The notes: generated from the sequence alone by a model not told the origin. A DNA stretch of 64,000 bases from Candidatus Woesearchaeota archaeon (GCA_964467035.1 CAYXNX010000001.1:51373-115372); one strand, 5' to 3'; shown: positions 48,724-59,875, numbered from the stretch's first letter. Translations and numbers: made by a program.

Positions 48724-51573
48724 TTAAATCCTAAAAATCATATCACCTCCTTTTTCATAAATCTCAGCATCACCAATTGATAAATTTTGGGTTATATTAA
48801 CATTTCCCCCAACTTTCAATTTATCTTCCGAACTATTAACCCCAATTCCCACATTATAATCTAAATCATTTGGATGTAATGTATCTTCACTAACATCCCA
48901 CTCACCACTTAAAGTATCATTGCTTCCGTGATAAGCTGTATAATGAACAACAATATCAGAATCTGCTTCAGTTATATTAATATTAAAACCACCATCTGTA
49001 AAATTAACCAACTCTCCTTTTATATATCCGATAGAATCTCCGTTTTGGTCTGCATATCTTATTCCAATACACTCAGAACTATCTCCATATTCTGAAACTG
49101 CATTAATTGAATTACCTGAAGCTCCACTATGCACAACTCCTTGCTCTAAATTTGTTCCTGTCCATTTTGCATATCCGTGCATTGTCCCACCATAGTTATC
49201 AACATTATTTGCATTTTGAGTTCCTTCATCATCAACATCCTCATTCTCAACAGGAGCAACAGCTGTAAAAGTAACTCTATCAGGTTCAAAAGGAACATTT
49301 GAAATTGTCTTAATTCCTTCTTCTTCAATTACAAAACTCCCTGTATCAACTAAATTAACAACAGTTCCATTAACTATAGTTGCATTAACTCCATGACTGG
49401 CAGTAGACAAACATTGCCCTGAATCTAAACAAACATCATTAGTTGCTTCAATATCATCAACATTTAAAGTGCCTGTTGCTTCTTCGTAAAAGAAATCATC
49501 ATCTTCCCCTATATTTTCACTTACAGAACTATCAACAAAAAGAACATTATTATTACTTAAACCAGAAATTGCATTTCTCAAACCAGTATTTGAAGAAATT
49601 TGATTAGTTAAACCTCCTGGCATCAAACCAGATAAAACATCTGTAGCTAATCTTGTCGCTCTTGTGTATTCATTTAATGATAAATGATAATACTCATCAA
49701 TCTCTGGACTTCCTCCTTGCAAATCAGATAAAGTATTATGTGAAATTGAAGAAACAATTGTAACCCACGCACTTCCATCAAAAGTATAACCAACACTTTC
49801 ATCCTCTACAATAACTGCCCAACCAACACTTGGCTCACCATAATCAGTATCAGAATCCATCCAATAACTTCCTGTTTCATTCCATTCAACAATATAATTC
49901 TCTAATCCTGCCCAATCTCCTTCAGCCCCACTTGGCTCTTCTGAAGCACCCTTTGAAATCAGATTATCTCTTCTATTTTCATACCAGTTATTATGATTAT
50001 CCCCATTCCAAGGGTCTGCAACAACACCCAATTCATAAATAGTTCCTTCAAAATAAGCACCTGTTACATAACCATCATGAAAATCCTTTCCATTTCCACC
50101 AGTATAACCAATTCCCCCATTTCCACTATGAGCATTCATTATTTCAGGAGTTTCCTCATTCCCAATTTCAACCCCATTAACATAAAAACTATAATTCCCA
50201 TCACTATCATAATTCATAGAAACATAATAATCTGTATCTGTAGAAATAGAAGTTGAAAAATGATTGCCATCCCAACCCTGTGATTCACTCCACCACCGAG
50301 CATATAAATCTCCTTGATAAATATAAAGCAAAACCCCATTAACATGAGCCCCTTCTGCTAATATGGCCTGTCTTGAAGTTATATCACTTCCAGAATTAAA
50401 AATAACATTATGTGTTCTTTCACTTCCAGAATCTTGCTCATCCCATTGAGATTCCCAAATAGCTAAATCTGCCATACTCCAAGCATCATCATCTCCATCA
50501 AAACTCACCCCATAACCTTTTTCATCACTATCATCAGTTGGACTTCCAAGTTCAGAAATGTAATGATTAGAACTTCCTGATTTATCAATTCCTCCTTCAG
50601 TTAAATTAAAATCATAAAACATAATATAATCATCTGAAAAAACAGCTGCCCCAGATTCAGAATTCACAGCATCAGAATTATTAAAATATAAATAAAATGT
50701 TTCATCACTTGAAGAACTTAAAGTAGGAATCTTAACATAAGCACTTAATACCTGGGCAGATTTGTTAAATCTCTCTATCCTATGTTCAAATTTTTCATCC
50801 CCTGAACTATCTCCAAAAATAATATCATCTCCATTATCTTGAGCTTCACTAAATAAATCATTCGCTCCATTTATTTGAACTTGAATTAAAGCATTTGTTT
50901 CATCTTCATCAACACTAGAACTTTGAATTGTTAAAGGAATTCTTTTATCCCAAGCAAAACTATACCAATCAGCTGAAGGAGAAACAATATATCTATCCCC
51001 ATCACTAGGATTATCAGGAGGAGAGTTTAAATCTTTATCTGAAACAGGAGATTTCCAAGTTGTTGTTGCATTTGTTTGAGGATTAATAGTTTGAGTATTT
51101 AATTGTCCCCCAATTTCTTGAAAAATCCCTTCAGCATTAGTAGAATTATAATAACCCGCATTATCGCTTACACTAATTTCCAAAGCTGAAACATTTCCAA
51201 TACTACTTTGAAAAACCTGCCTTTCCTCGCCCCCAAAATCCAAATCTTCACCATTAACAAACATTTCAATATAATAATACTCTCCATAATTCAAAGACAA
51301 AGGATTTGAATCATTATCTCCTAACAAAATATCATACTTTCCAGAAGAAACAGCCCCATTAAACTCATTTGAAGAGTTATAAATCAAATTACCTCCTGTT
51401 GGAGAATCATAAATTAAAACAGTCAAATTTCCTAAATCAAGATTACTCCCCCCCTCTAAAACATTTCCTTGTAACGCTAACAAATCATCTTTACTAACAA
51501 CAAAAGAAGTTAATAAAGTAACCAAAACTAACAAAAACACCATTGTTAAAAAATATTTAAAAAATTTTTCCAT
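48724..51573 (-). CDS. Secreted protein with split DUF2793-like, DUF2341-like and LamG-like domains
   Basis: PP.NPSDGDRYIV ... GDWAG..NYIVEW; W..RIPLTI, AQDNGDDI.F, YVKIP.LS, YLYFNN; FDGDDD, FYVNG, YFEGTIYE. Confidence 0.75.
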   Translation of the reverse strand: MEKFFKYFLTMVFLLVLVTLLTSFVVSKDDLLALQGNVLEGGSNLDLGNLTVLIYDSPTGGNLIYNSSNEFNGAVSSGKYDILLGDNDSNPLSLNYGEYYYIEMFVNGEDLDFGGEERQVFQSSIGNVSALEISVSDNAGYYNSTNAEGIFQEIGGQLNTQTINPQTNATTTWKSPVSDKDLNSPPDNPSDGDRYIVSPSADWYSFAWDKRIPLTIQSSSVDEDETNALIQVQINGANDLFSEAQDNGDDIIFGDSSGDEKFEHRIERFNKSAQVLSAYVKIPTLSSSSDETFYLYFNNSDAVNSESGAAVFSDDYIMFYDFNLTEGGIDKSGSSNHYISELGSPTDDSDEKGYGVSFDGDDDAWSMADLAIWESQWDEQDSGSERTHNVIFNSGSDITSRQAILAEGAHVNGVLLYIYQGDLYARWWSESQGWDGNHFSTSISTDTDYYVSMNYDSDGNYSFYVNGVEIGNEETPEIMNAHSGNGGIGYTGGNGKDFHDGYVTGAYFEGTIYELGVVADPWNGDNHNNWYENRRDNLISKGASEEPSGAEGDWAGLENYIVEWNETGSYWMDSDTDYGEPSVGWAVIVEDESVGYTFDGSAWVTIVSSISHNTLSDLQGGSPEIDEYYHLSLNEYTRATRLATDVLSGLMPGGLTNQISSNTGLRNAISGLSNNNVLFVDSSVSENIGEDDDFFYEEATGTLNVDDIEATNDVCLDSGQCLSTASHGVNATIVNGTVVNLVDTGSFVIEEEGIKTISNVPFEPDRVTFTAVAPVENEDVDDEGTQNANNVDNYGGTMHGYAKWTGTNLEQGVVHSGASGNSINAVSEYGDSSECIGIRYADQNGDSIGYIKGELVNFTDGGFNINITEADSDIVVHYTAYHGSNDTLSGEWDVSEDTLHPNDLDYNVGIGVNSSEDKLKVGGNVNITQNLSIGDAEIYEKGGDMIFRI

Positions 51574-51660
51574 TTTCTCTTTTTTATAATATAAATTGTG
51601 AATAATACTATATAAATATTGTGCCTTTCTTAAAAATTTACCGACGAAGTATCTTAAAAA

Positions 51661-53637
51661 CTAAATAAACCCAACAGCATCTAAAACTCTTTTATCAGGA
51701 GACAAAACATAAACATGGTCTTTTGTAGAACGCACTCCCCGATAAATTTTTTGCAAAAATTCTCTCTGAGCTTTATCTTTATAAACAGCCCAAAAATACT
51801 GGGGATGTGTTTGCTTCAAAATTTTCCAAAAAAGAGATTTAACTTGAGGATTCGGATACTTTGTAAAAACAATACTTTTGCACTGTTCTCCTGGAAAATC
51901 AACTCCTCGCCCACATTTAGTTGTAAACAAAACAGGAATCTCTTTATTTTTGAACCTTGCAATATACTTTTGAGCTTCACTTTGCAAAGCAAAAATCTTA
52001 GCTTTAGTTACCAAATTATCCAAACCATAAGCTCTTTTTTCATCATCACTAGGCAAATCATCAAAAGAATTAACATGAACAAGGGCAGGTTTTGGAGCTT
52101 GCCCAACAACTTCATCAAAAGATTCTAAAAAATCTTTTCTTGATTTATATCCGCTCTTAAAATTACTGAACTTGCAATCAAATTCTTTTCCAGTTTTTTT
52201 AACATCTATCTCTCCCTGATTTATAATTTCTGCATCAATAACTTCAAAATTATCCAAACCATAAACATATCTTAACACATTTTCATTATGTATTGTCCCA
52301 GACATCATAACAATTGCTTCGCTTTTATCAACCATTTCTTCAAACCTTTTCGCCAAATTTGTAGTAACAATACTTGCATAAAATCCTCTTTCACTTTCAG
52401 AAAAAGAAACAAAACTATCTTCCAAAAAATCAGAAAATTCAGAAACAATCTCATATACATTATGGACATAATTATCTTCATCCACTTCTTTAATAAAATC
52501 AGAACTATTGCTTAAAACTTCAAATAAATTCACAACATTGCTCTCATCTAATTTAAAAACATCTCCACTTCCAATTGAATCTTTAAATTCTTGATTATTA
52601 ATAATTTGAGAAACAATTCTTCTTAGCTTTAATAAAACATTTTCAGTTTCAACTTCTGTAACAAAAACATTCTTCAAAGCACTTTGCAAACGATTAAAAT
52701 TAATATTTTTAACATTTGAAAAACTATCCAAAAACTCATCACACTCATCAATAATTTCAACCTTTGTTTTAGGCTTTCTATCCATCAACATCTCTAACTT
52801 ATATTTTGCAGAATTAAAAACAACCGCTTCAGCTTCAGCATAAGAATTAAATTGATTATAATAACTACACCCTTTTTTTCTATTATGAATAGTATACTCA
52901 ACCCCTTTCAAACCCAGATATCTTTTTTTCTCAGATTTTAAAGGAAAATCATATTCAGAAGGCATTATCGGACTCCAATAAGGACAAACAGGGGCAACAC
53001 TCATTCTTCTAATATCTTTCAAATCCAAATCATTTTTAACTTTAGGATTTTCTTTCAAATACTCTTTTAATTTATCAAAATTACTTTCTTTAATTTCAAT
53101 CTTGCACGGAAGTTCTGAAAAATCCGCATTTTCCCCCCGACAAAACAAACACCTATGATTTTGTCTTCCAGTTATAACTTTAATCTTCAACTTTTTATGA
53201 TTATCTTTCAAAACATAACAACTTTTAGAATAATCTTCATAATATTGCTTTTGCAAAGCTTTCCCAGGAACAACAATACTGGCACTTCCGAGCTCTTTTG
53301 CAATATTCAAAGCAATTGCACTTTTTCCACTCCCACACACCCCCCGAATAAAAATAACCTTTTTACCTTCTTCAATTAAATCTACAGCTTCTTTAACAAT
53401 ATCTCCTTGTGTTTTCCCATTTGAAAATTTTAAACCCTCCCTCCTCTCCCCATTTTTATAAAAATTAAAACCCTTCACATCATCTTCTAAATTAAACTTC
53501 TCATCAGAAAATTCTTGTTCTTCCCAAATATCAAGTTCATTTTCTTTATTTGAAAGTTGATTATTTGATTTTTGGTTAGATTGGGAAACTTGTAATCTAC
53601 CATCAGAATCAAATTTTAGTTGTGACACCTCATCCAT
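51661..53637 (-). CDS. XPD/Rad3/DinG-like SF2 helicase
   Basis: GVCGSGKS, IIDECD, MSGT, RGVDFPG, QKIYRG.R; Cys cluster compatible with Fe-S binding. Confidence 0.8.
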   Translation of the reverse strand: MDEVSQLKFDSDGRLQVSQSNQKSNNQLSNKENELDIWEEQEFSDEKFNLEDDVKGFNFYKNGERREGLKFSNGKTQGDIVKEAVDLIEEGKKVIFIRGVCGSGKSAIALNIAKELGSASIVVPGKALQKQYYEDYSKSCYVLKDNHKKLKIKVITGRQNHRCLFCRGENADFSELPCKIEIKESNFDKLKEYLKENPKVKNDLDLKDIRRMSVAPVCPYWSPIMPSEYDFPLKSEKKRYLGLKGVEYTIHNRKKGCSYYNQFNSYAEAEAVVFNSAKYKLEMLMDRKPKTKVEIIDECDEFLDSFSNVKNINFNRLQSALKNVFVTEVETENVLLKLRRIVSQIINNQEFKDSIGSGDVFKLDESNVVNLFEVLSNSSDFIKEVDEDNYVHNVYEIVSEFSDFLEDSFVSFSESERGFYASIVTTNLAKRFEEMVDKSEAIVMMSGTIHNENVLRYVYGLDNFEVIDAEIINQGEIDVKKTGKEFDCKFSNFKSGYKSRKDFLESFDEVVGQAPKPALVHVNSFDDLPSDDEKRAYGLDNLVTKAKIFALQSEAQKYIARFKNKEIPVLFTTKCGRGVDFPGEQCKSIVFTKYPNPQVKSLFWKILKQTHPQYFWAVYKDKAQREFLQKIYRGVRSTKDHVYVLSPDKRVLDAVGFI

Positions 53638-53703
53638 AGATAACTAAATCAAAAACAACACTTTTAAATTTTTATGTAGAAAATTTTTCAAAATACCTAA
53701 AAA

Positions 53704-54087
53704 TCACTTAAACAATAATTCAATTTTTTTTGGATTTCTTTTTATATCTTTAACAATACTTGCAGGCCCAATAATTGTCATAGATGCAGTATCTCCAACC
53801 AAAATTTTTGCAATTCCTTTAGAAAACCGCGCTCCAAAACCTTCTTCACTTTCACTTCCAATAACTGCTAATTCAATTCCTTTAAAATTTTGAACATGCC
53901 CAATCATTGCCATAGTATCCTCAATTAACCTTGTCTCTTCTTCAGGTTTTAAACGCCCTTGCAAAACAATAACTTTATTTTTCAAAACAATATTTAATAA
54001 TTTCTTAATTCTCTCCCCAGCGCTTAAATGCCTTATTTCTGAATATGGTAAAAACTCAATTGTTAACCCCTTTATTTTTTTAACCAT
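53704..54087 (-). CDS. DUF2073 protein (OapB/ArvB-like)
   Basis: RIKKLL, LQGRLKPEEETRLIEDTM, FKGIE, TIIGPA. Confidence 0.85.
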   Translation of the reverse strand: MVKKIKGLTIEFLPYSEIRHLSAGERIKKLLNIVLKNKVIVLQGRLKPEEETRLIEDTMAMIGHVQNFKGIELAVIGSESEEGFGARFSKGIAKILVGDTASMTIIGPASIVKDIKRNPKKIELLFK

Positions 54088-54117
54088 TTTAATATAAATT
54101 CATACTCCTTTTTAAAT

Positions 54118-54747
54118 TTACTCAACAAGCTTAAACAAAGTCTCATAAAACTCCTCAATATTGTCTCCTGTCTTCGCACTTATCCCAACAACCTCATACT
54201 CTGGAAAAGCTGATTTAATTTTATCAATATTTGCCTTTTTCAAATCAATCTTATTTGCTACAATTAAAACAGGAATATTTCTTGCAACCAAATTTCCAAT
54301 AATAGTAATATTTACTTGCGAATAAGGATTTTTAGTAGCATCTAAAACAACAATAACAGCATCCATATCTTCAATCCATTTAATTGATTCAATAATTCCT
54401 TCAGTTGCTTCCTTTGCTCTTTTCTGGGCTTCTTTCTTTTTAACCCCAAACTTAATAAAATCTTCATAATCAATCTTTGTAGCAATCCCCGGAGTATCAA
54501 CCATTTTAAAATTTAAACTCTTACCTTTATGATTAATTTCAACTTTTTCTTTATATTGAATATGTCTTGTCTCATGAGGAACATTAGAAACATCCCCAAT
54601 CTCTTCACCAATCCAATCCTTGCATAAATGATTTGCTAAACTTGTCTTTCCTGCATTTGGAGGACCATAAAAGCCCAAACTAATATTTTTCCTCTTTTTG
54701 AAAATATTCGGAAACACTTTTTTTAAAAAATTTGATAAGGATCTCAT
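54118..54747 (-). CDS. Era-like small GTPase (OapA/ArvA-like)
   Basis: YGPPNAGKT, PHETR, DTPG, RAKEATEG, PYSQVN, NKID, SAK; adjacent DUF2073. Confidence 0.85.
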   Translation of the reverse strand: MRSLSNFLKKVFPNIFKKRKNISLGFYGPPNAGKTSLANHLCKDWIGEEIGDVSNVPHETRHIQYKEKVEINHKGKSLNFKMVDTPGIATKIDYEDFIKFGVKKKEAQKRAKEATEGIIESIKWIEDMDAVIVVLDATKNPYSQVNITIIGNLVARNIPVLIVANKIDLKKANIDKIKSAFPEYEVVGISAKTGDNIEEFYETLFKLVE

Positions 54748-54799
54748 AATTAATAATTAAAGTATTTATGTTTTTTTAAATATTTGCGTTTAAAAACAT

Positions 54800-57424
54800 T
54801 TATTTTTTCTTTTTAGATTCTTTACTTTTTAAAAAACTCAAACCAAAACCTATATCTTTCCCTTTGTATGTTTTCAAAGCATAATCAATTTGTTCTCCAC
54901 TCCACCTACTATTTTTTAATTTTTTCTTTATTTCTTCATCACTCAATCTTTTCTTCCTCGCATTTCTTATAAAATAAATCAAATTTTTAAGATTAGATTT
55001 ATCTTTAAATAAATAATCTTCATATTTTTCTTCATACCACTTTTCTAATAAATAATAAATCACCATAGTAACAGCAAGCAAACCCCCAAATGCTAAAAAC
55101 AAAACAAGCAATACACTCATACCCTCCTCATCCGCTTTATTAGTTTGATTTTTTATTAAACTCAAATCAGGAACAAAATACATTTCAGTTTTAACATCAT
55201 TTGCTTCAGCAAAAACAATGTTTGTATCTTGTGAAAGATTAACAAAGATTCCTGTTAAATCCACCATCTCATTCCCAAAAGAATAGTTTCCATTAAAAAC
55301 AATATTATCTCTATCTTTATTAATCATAAAATAACCCTTTTTATTAAAAAATTCTTTAGGAGAAATTAAAACATTAAACTCGCTAAAAACAGGTTCCACC
55401 CTATTTGGATATTGAATTGAATAAACTTTTCGAGTTATCTCAACATTCATATTATCTAAAAACCAAGAAACAATTTTTTCTTTAGTTTTTTCAGTATCAT
55501 TATAATTCCTGTCTCCAAAAATATCACTTACCTTAACTAACTTAATATCATTTGCATTTAAAGTTAATTTTGAAGTTCTAATCCGGGTTGGTTGAATTGA
55601 TAAAGGAATCTCTTTAAAACCAACAAGTTCTTCCATCAGATTAACATAATCTCCATCAGGTGTATCAGAACTTGAAACATATTTTTTATATTGATTTTTA
55701 AAATCACCCAAACTAGTTTCCAAGCTATTAAAATCCAAATCATCTTCAAATAAAGGTTTATAAGAATCAGGAAAATCATTATAAACTTTTTTAATTTCTT
55801 CAAGATTTGAAGTATATTTTTTAAGTGTAGAATTAATTGCTTGTTTAGGAGATTCAATATTTACCTCAAAAACTTTAGAACCAATAATTTCTCCAGAGCT
55901 CTTCAAACTTACTTTAACAGTTTTATTTCCTGTTGTTAAAAAAGTATAAACTTTTTCATTTTTTTCTGTAACTTCTTCCCCCTCCCCAAAATCCCAAACA
56001 TAACTTAAATCAGATTCATTAAAAGAAGGGTCAATAAAAACTTTAAATAAAGTAGGTCTAGCAGCAGAAACAGTTGTTGGAAATATTTGCCTTACAATTC
56101 CCAAAGGTTCTTGAGAAGAATAACCGACTGAAAGATTTTCTTCAGATAAAATCAAATTATCCCCTAAAAAAATATCCACAGAATAATTCCCCTTAGTTTT
56201 AGGCAAATCAAAATCTCCTTTTCTTAAATCAAAAACAGAAAGATTAGTTTTTACAAATGCAGGTGTTTTATCTAATTCAAACAAATAATTTTCTTCTAAA
56301 CCACCTCCACCCTGAACATCATAATCTATTTTCAAATTGCTTAAATCCAAATTTTGGTTTTTACCTGAAATTTTTAAAGGAACAATACATCCTGAAGTAC
56401 AATCTTTTTGATATTTTTCTTGTAAATATTCTTCAATATACTCTTCAATTACAACATTATTTTGTTTAGAAAAAGAGTCAGAATTTAACTTAAAATCACC
56501 CACTTCTGAATATTTTTGGGGAACAGCATTAATCCCATAACTTGCCACACCTTCTGGATTAGTAGTTGGATCCCAATGAAAACCACACCCTCCTCCAAGA
56601 TTAGCCGATAAAGTATAATTCCCATTAACCTCTCCATCTTTTAACGAAACACAAACATAATGCTCTGATTTCTCTTTATTTGTATAATCCATAACACACT
56701 CACTTTTTCCCAAAGAAGGATTTGTCAAATCACAAGTTTCTTTTAAATTTCCTTGATGATAAATATACCCTTTCAAATCACCTCCCTTAAAATCTCCCTT
56801 AATTCTTTCAATATCTGCACTTATTTTAAAAGCTGGTGCAACAGGTAATTCAAATTTATCACAATAAGTTTTTTTATCCAAATCAACTTGATATGGAAAA
56901 TCCCCCTCACTACATAAAGGGCTTAATTCCTCCCCACAATTTTCTTCAATATATTTATTATTAACCCAATTAACATTCCCGTCATCACCCATATCAATAA
57001 CCAACTGATTTTCACAAGAACTCCGAACATCACTCTCCAAACCCAATTCAAAATTATTTAATTCAATCCCTTTACCCAATAACTCAAACCCTACAAGTTT
57101 TTCATCATCAAGCTCAAAAGATTTTGAATTAAACTTTTCCCCCTTTATTTCATAATCCTCTTTACACCCCAAGGGTTCGCAAGTGTAAGTAATATTATTA
57201 GCATCAATAAAATCAACCACATTTATCTTAGAACTATCCCCATTTGAAAAATGAATTTTTAAATTTTCATTAATTCTATTATCAAAACTTATATTCAAAC
57301 TACCTTTTAAAAAATCTTCATCATAATAATTCTCATTAATTTCTCCTGCAAGATTTCCCGACTCTGCACTCACAAAAATAAAAATACATATTGCAAAAAC
57401 AAAAAACAAAGTTTTCAACCCCAT
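54800..57424 (-). CDS. PKD-domain membrane-anchored surface protein
   Basis: Signal peptide; YVWDFGEG; C-terminal TM and cytoplasmic tail W..EQI.YA. Confidence 0.8.
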   Translation of the reverse strand: MGLKTLFFVFAICIFIFVSAESGNLAGEINENYYDEDFLKGSLNISFDNRINENLKIHFSNGDSSKINVVDFIDANNITYTCEPLGCKEDYEIKGEKFNSKSFELDDEKLVGFELLGKGIELNNFELGLESDVRSSCENQLVIDMGDDGNVNWVNNKYIEENCGEELSPLCSEGDFPYQVDLDKKTYCDKFELPVAPAFKISADIERIKGDFKGGDLKGYIYHQGNLKETCDLTNPSLGKSECVMDYTNKEKSEHYVCVSLKDGEVNGNYTLSANLGGGCGFHWDPTTNPEGVASYGINAVPQKYSEVGDFKLNSDSFSKQNNVVIEEYIEEYLQEKYQKDCTSGCIVPLKISGKNQNLDLSNLKIDYDVQGGGGLEENYLFELDKTPAFVKTNLSVFDLRKGDFDLPKTKGNYSVDIFLGDNLILSEENLSVGYSSQEPLGIVRQIFPTTVSAARPTLFKVFIDPSFNESDLSYVWDFGEGEEVTEKNEKVYTFLTTGNKTVKVSLKSSGEIIGSKVFEVNIESPKQAINSTLKKYTSNLEEIKKVYNDFPDSYKPLFEDDLDFNSLETSLGDFKNQYKKYVSSSDTPDGDYVNLMEELVGFKEIPLSIQPTRIRTSKLTLNANDIKLVKVSDIFGDRNYNDTEKTKEKIVSWFLDNMNVEITRKVYSIQYPNRVEPVFSEFNVLISPKEFFNKKGYFMINKDRDNIVFNGNYSFGNEMVDLTGIFVNLSQDTNIVFAEANDVKTEMYFVPDLSLIKNQTNKADEEGMSVLLVLFLAFGGLLAVTMVIYYLLEKWYEEKYEDYLFKDKSNLKNLIYFIRNARKKRLSDEEIKKKLKNSRWSGEQIDYALKTYKGKDIGFGLSFLKSKESKKKK

Positions 57425-59875
57425 ATTTTATATAAAAAAACAGGTTTTATAAATTATTCTAAAATTGCTCATTTTTTCTAAAAGTTTTAACAAAGAAAAA
57501 ATAAAAAATCAAAGTTAAAAATCCTGCAATTACAAAATTCACCAAAGAGAAAAACGGCTCAACAGTCATTGGAGGACAAGGAAATTTAACATCCCCACTT
57601 TCGCAATTATTTTCAGAACTTTCACCATCTGAATTCCCATTTTCATCATACCACTCAGCAGTCCAGCTAACAGTATACTCATCTCCTGGCTCAACACACT
57701 CCCCAATTAAATCACCAACCTCAGTTTCACAACTCCCAAATCTATTATACAAATCACTACTAGCAGGAATACAATTATCTATGGTTTCAACCCAGCCCGT
57801 TATGGAATTACAACTACCACTCCCCCAACCACACCCACAACTATAAATCAGACCACATTTAATATGTGTTCCATTTTTACCCCCATCAGGAACTTCCCTA
57901 ACAATCCATTCTTCATCAGAATCATAACTACTATTAGCTTTCCATTCATCACCCACAGGATTAGACTCTTCTTCAAAATCATAACAACTAGGCGGATTGC
58001 CACCTGAACTACTACCATATTCTCTAATCGCTTGAAGAAGTTCTTCACCATCTAAATCTGAAGAATTTGGATGAGCATTATCCTTACAAACAGATCTTTC
58101 ATCAAACTCGCTACAAGCAATTTTTTGGCGAGGACCAGGAGGATCGGGTCCAGAATCAACAACATTTAAAGTAACACTACTCGATAAACCCTCATAAGAT
58201 ACCAATACCGTAGTCTCCCCTTCATCCAAACCTTTAAACACATTATCCCCTGCAGAATTATTTGCAACATTTGGCTTACTACTAGAAAAGGAGGCATCAT
58301 CAGTAACATCCTCCTTCTCTCCGTTTGAATCAATAAGCTTTGCTGTATACCTTTGAATTTCCCCTACCCCAATCCCAGAAGTTGGAGGTTCCAATTCAAT
58401 ATGAGAATCAACAACTACTCCTCTCCCCCCTTCCCAACTTAAAAAAGGATAAGACACCTTATCATCCTCATTAACAATATTCCAAATATAATTCTCATCA
58501 ACACTATCTTCATCCACCTCACCAATACTCCAACTACCAAAAGTATCAACATCCCTCATTTGATTTGTTGATTTTCCTTCACCACCATCACTATCATCCT
58601 GCCCCGATGTATCTTTATCCCAATATGAATTTTCAATTGTTCCCCCACTATTCCACCCAACCAACCCACCAACATAATTATCATCTCCACTCACCTCTCC
58701 AGTTGAATATGATTTTTCAATTGTTCTACTATTATACCCAACCAACCCTCCGCCTATTTTTGTTGAATCTTCAGTAATATCTCTTAACATAACTTCCCCT
58801 TCAGAATACGAATTTTTAATTGTCCCCGAATTTTGATAAACTAATCCTCCTGCGTCTGAAGCATTCACTATACCCTTAAAATAAGAATTCTCAATTGTTC
58901 CAAGATTAACACCAGCCAATCCTCCTGCATCATCAAAACCATTAACAGTTCCTATAAAAGAAGAATTTTTAATTAACCCTCCTCTCCCAATTGTAGAAGC
59001 TATCCCCCCACAACGAGCATTCGATCCGCAAATTATGTCTCCTGTCACATGACAATTTTGAATAATCCCTCTATTTTCTTCGCCAACCTGAACAAGAATA
59101 GCCAATGCTGCCCCATCATAACCACTTTCTGTTTCAACAGACACATTAATTAAATTAAGATTTTTAACTTCTGAATCAGAATTATAAGAAATCATAAGAA
59201 AGAGAGCTTTATTACCATAAGATTTTGCCCCTATTTCCAAGTTAGTTATATTATACCCTTGCCCATCAAAACTTCCATTAAATCTCTGAATTGGATTAAA
59301 ATTTTCCATCTCACTACAATCAATATTATTAACTAATTTATATTCTTCATATTGTCCAAATGTAGTTCTTGAAATACCTTGCAAATCCTGACAATTACTA
59401 ATCTCAGTAACAGCACCCACCCCGCCCACCAAAAAAACACCTACAAAAACTAACAAAAATAAAATCAATAAACTCTTTTTCATACTTATCAAGAGGATAA
59501 CATATTTATAAATCTTATTAAAATAAATAATTTTATGAAAAATATCCAAAAATAAAAATACATATTCCAAAAACAAAAAACAAAGTTTTCAACCCCATAT
59601 TTTATATAAAAAAACAGGTTTTATAAATTATTCTAAAATTGCTCATTTTTTCTAAAAGTTTTAACAAAGAAAAAATAAAAAATCAAAGTTAAAAATCCTG
59701 CAATTACAAAATTCACCAAAGAGAAAAACGGCTCAACAGTCATTGGAGGACAAGGAAATTTAACATCCCCACTTTCGCAATTATTTTCAGAACTTTCACC
59801 ATCTGAATTCCCATTTTCATCATACCACTCAGCAGTCCAGCTAACAGTATACTCATCTCCTGGCTCAACACACTC
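57373..59875. repeat. ~330-bp near-identical direct repeat (57373-57701, 59547-59875), continuing as diverged homology
   Basis: Offset 2174; includes the 5' stub of the PKD gene, the intergenic DNA and the shared C-terminus. Confidence 0.92.
57459..59483 (-). CDS. Surface protein allele A: GLUG-repeat region, Big_2-like domain, Cys-rich stalk, PFF-TM tail
   Basis: Start MKKSLL at 59483; F.GSFDGQGYNI, VGGLVG, NSYWD..TSGQ. Confidence 0.8.
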   Translation of the reverse strand: MKKSLLILFLLVFVGVFLVGGVGAVTEISNCQDLQGISRTTFGQYEEYKLVNNIDCSEMENFNPIQRFNGSFDGQGYNITNLEIGAKSYGNKALFLMISYNSDSEVKNLNLINVSVETESGYDGAALAILVQVGEENRGIIQNCHVTGDIICGSNARCGGIASTIGRGGLIKNSSFIGTVNGFDDAGGLAGVNLGTIENSYFKGIVNASDAGGLVYQNSGTIKNSYSEGEVMLRDITEDSTKIGGGLVGYNSRTIEKSYSTGEVSGDDNYVGGLVGWNSGGTIENSYWDKDTSGQDDSDGGEGKSTNQMRDVDTFGSWSIGEVDEDSVDENYIWNIVNEDDKVSYPFLSWEGGRGVVVDSHIELEPPTSGIGVGEIQRYTAKLIDSNGEKEDVTDDASFSSSKPNVANNSAGDNVFKGLDEGETTVLVSYEGLSSSVTLNVVDSGPDPPGPRQKIACSEFDERSVCKDNAHPNSSDLDGEELLQAIREYGSSSGGNPPSCYDFEEESNPVGDEWKANSSYDSDEEWIVREVPDGGKNGTHIKCGLIYSCGCGWGSGSCNSITGWVETIDNCIPASSDLYNRFGSCETEVGDLIGECVEPGDEYTVSWTAEWYDENGNSDGESSENNCESGDVKFPCPPMTVEPFFSLVNFVIAGFLTLIFYFFFVKTFRKNEQF

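Noticed and set aside
45870..51573. Provirus
   Set aside because: Fibre-like genes have signal peptides; no capsid, terminase, portal or att sites nearby.
59484..59576. N-terminal extension of the 705-aa ORF
   Set aside because: Spans the promoter and duplication junction; the paralog and signal peptide indicate the start at 59483.
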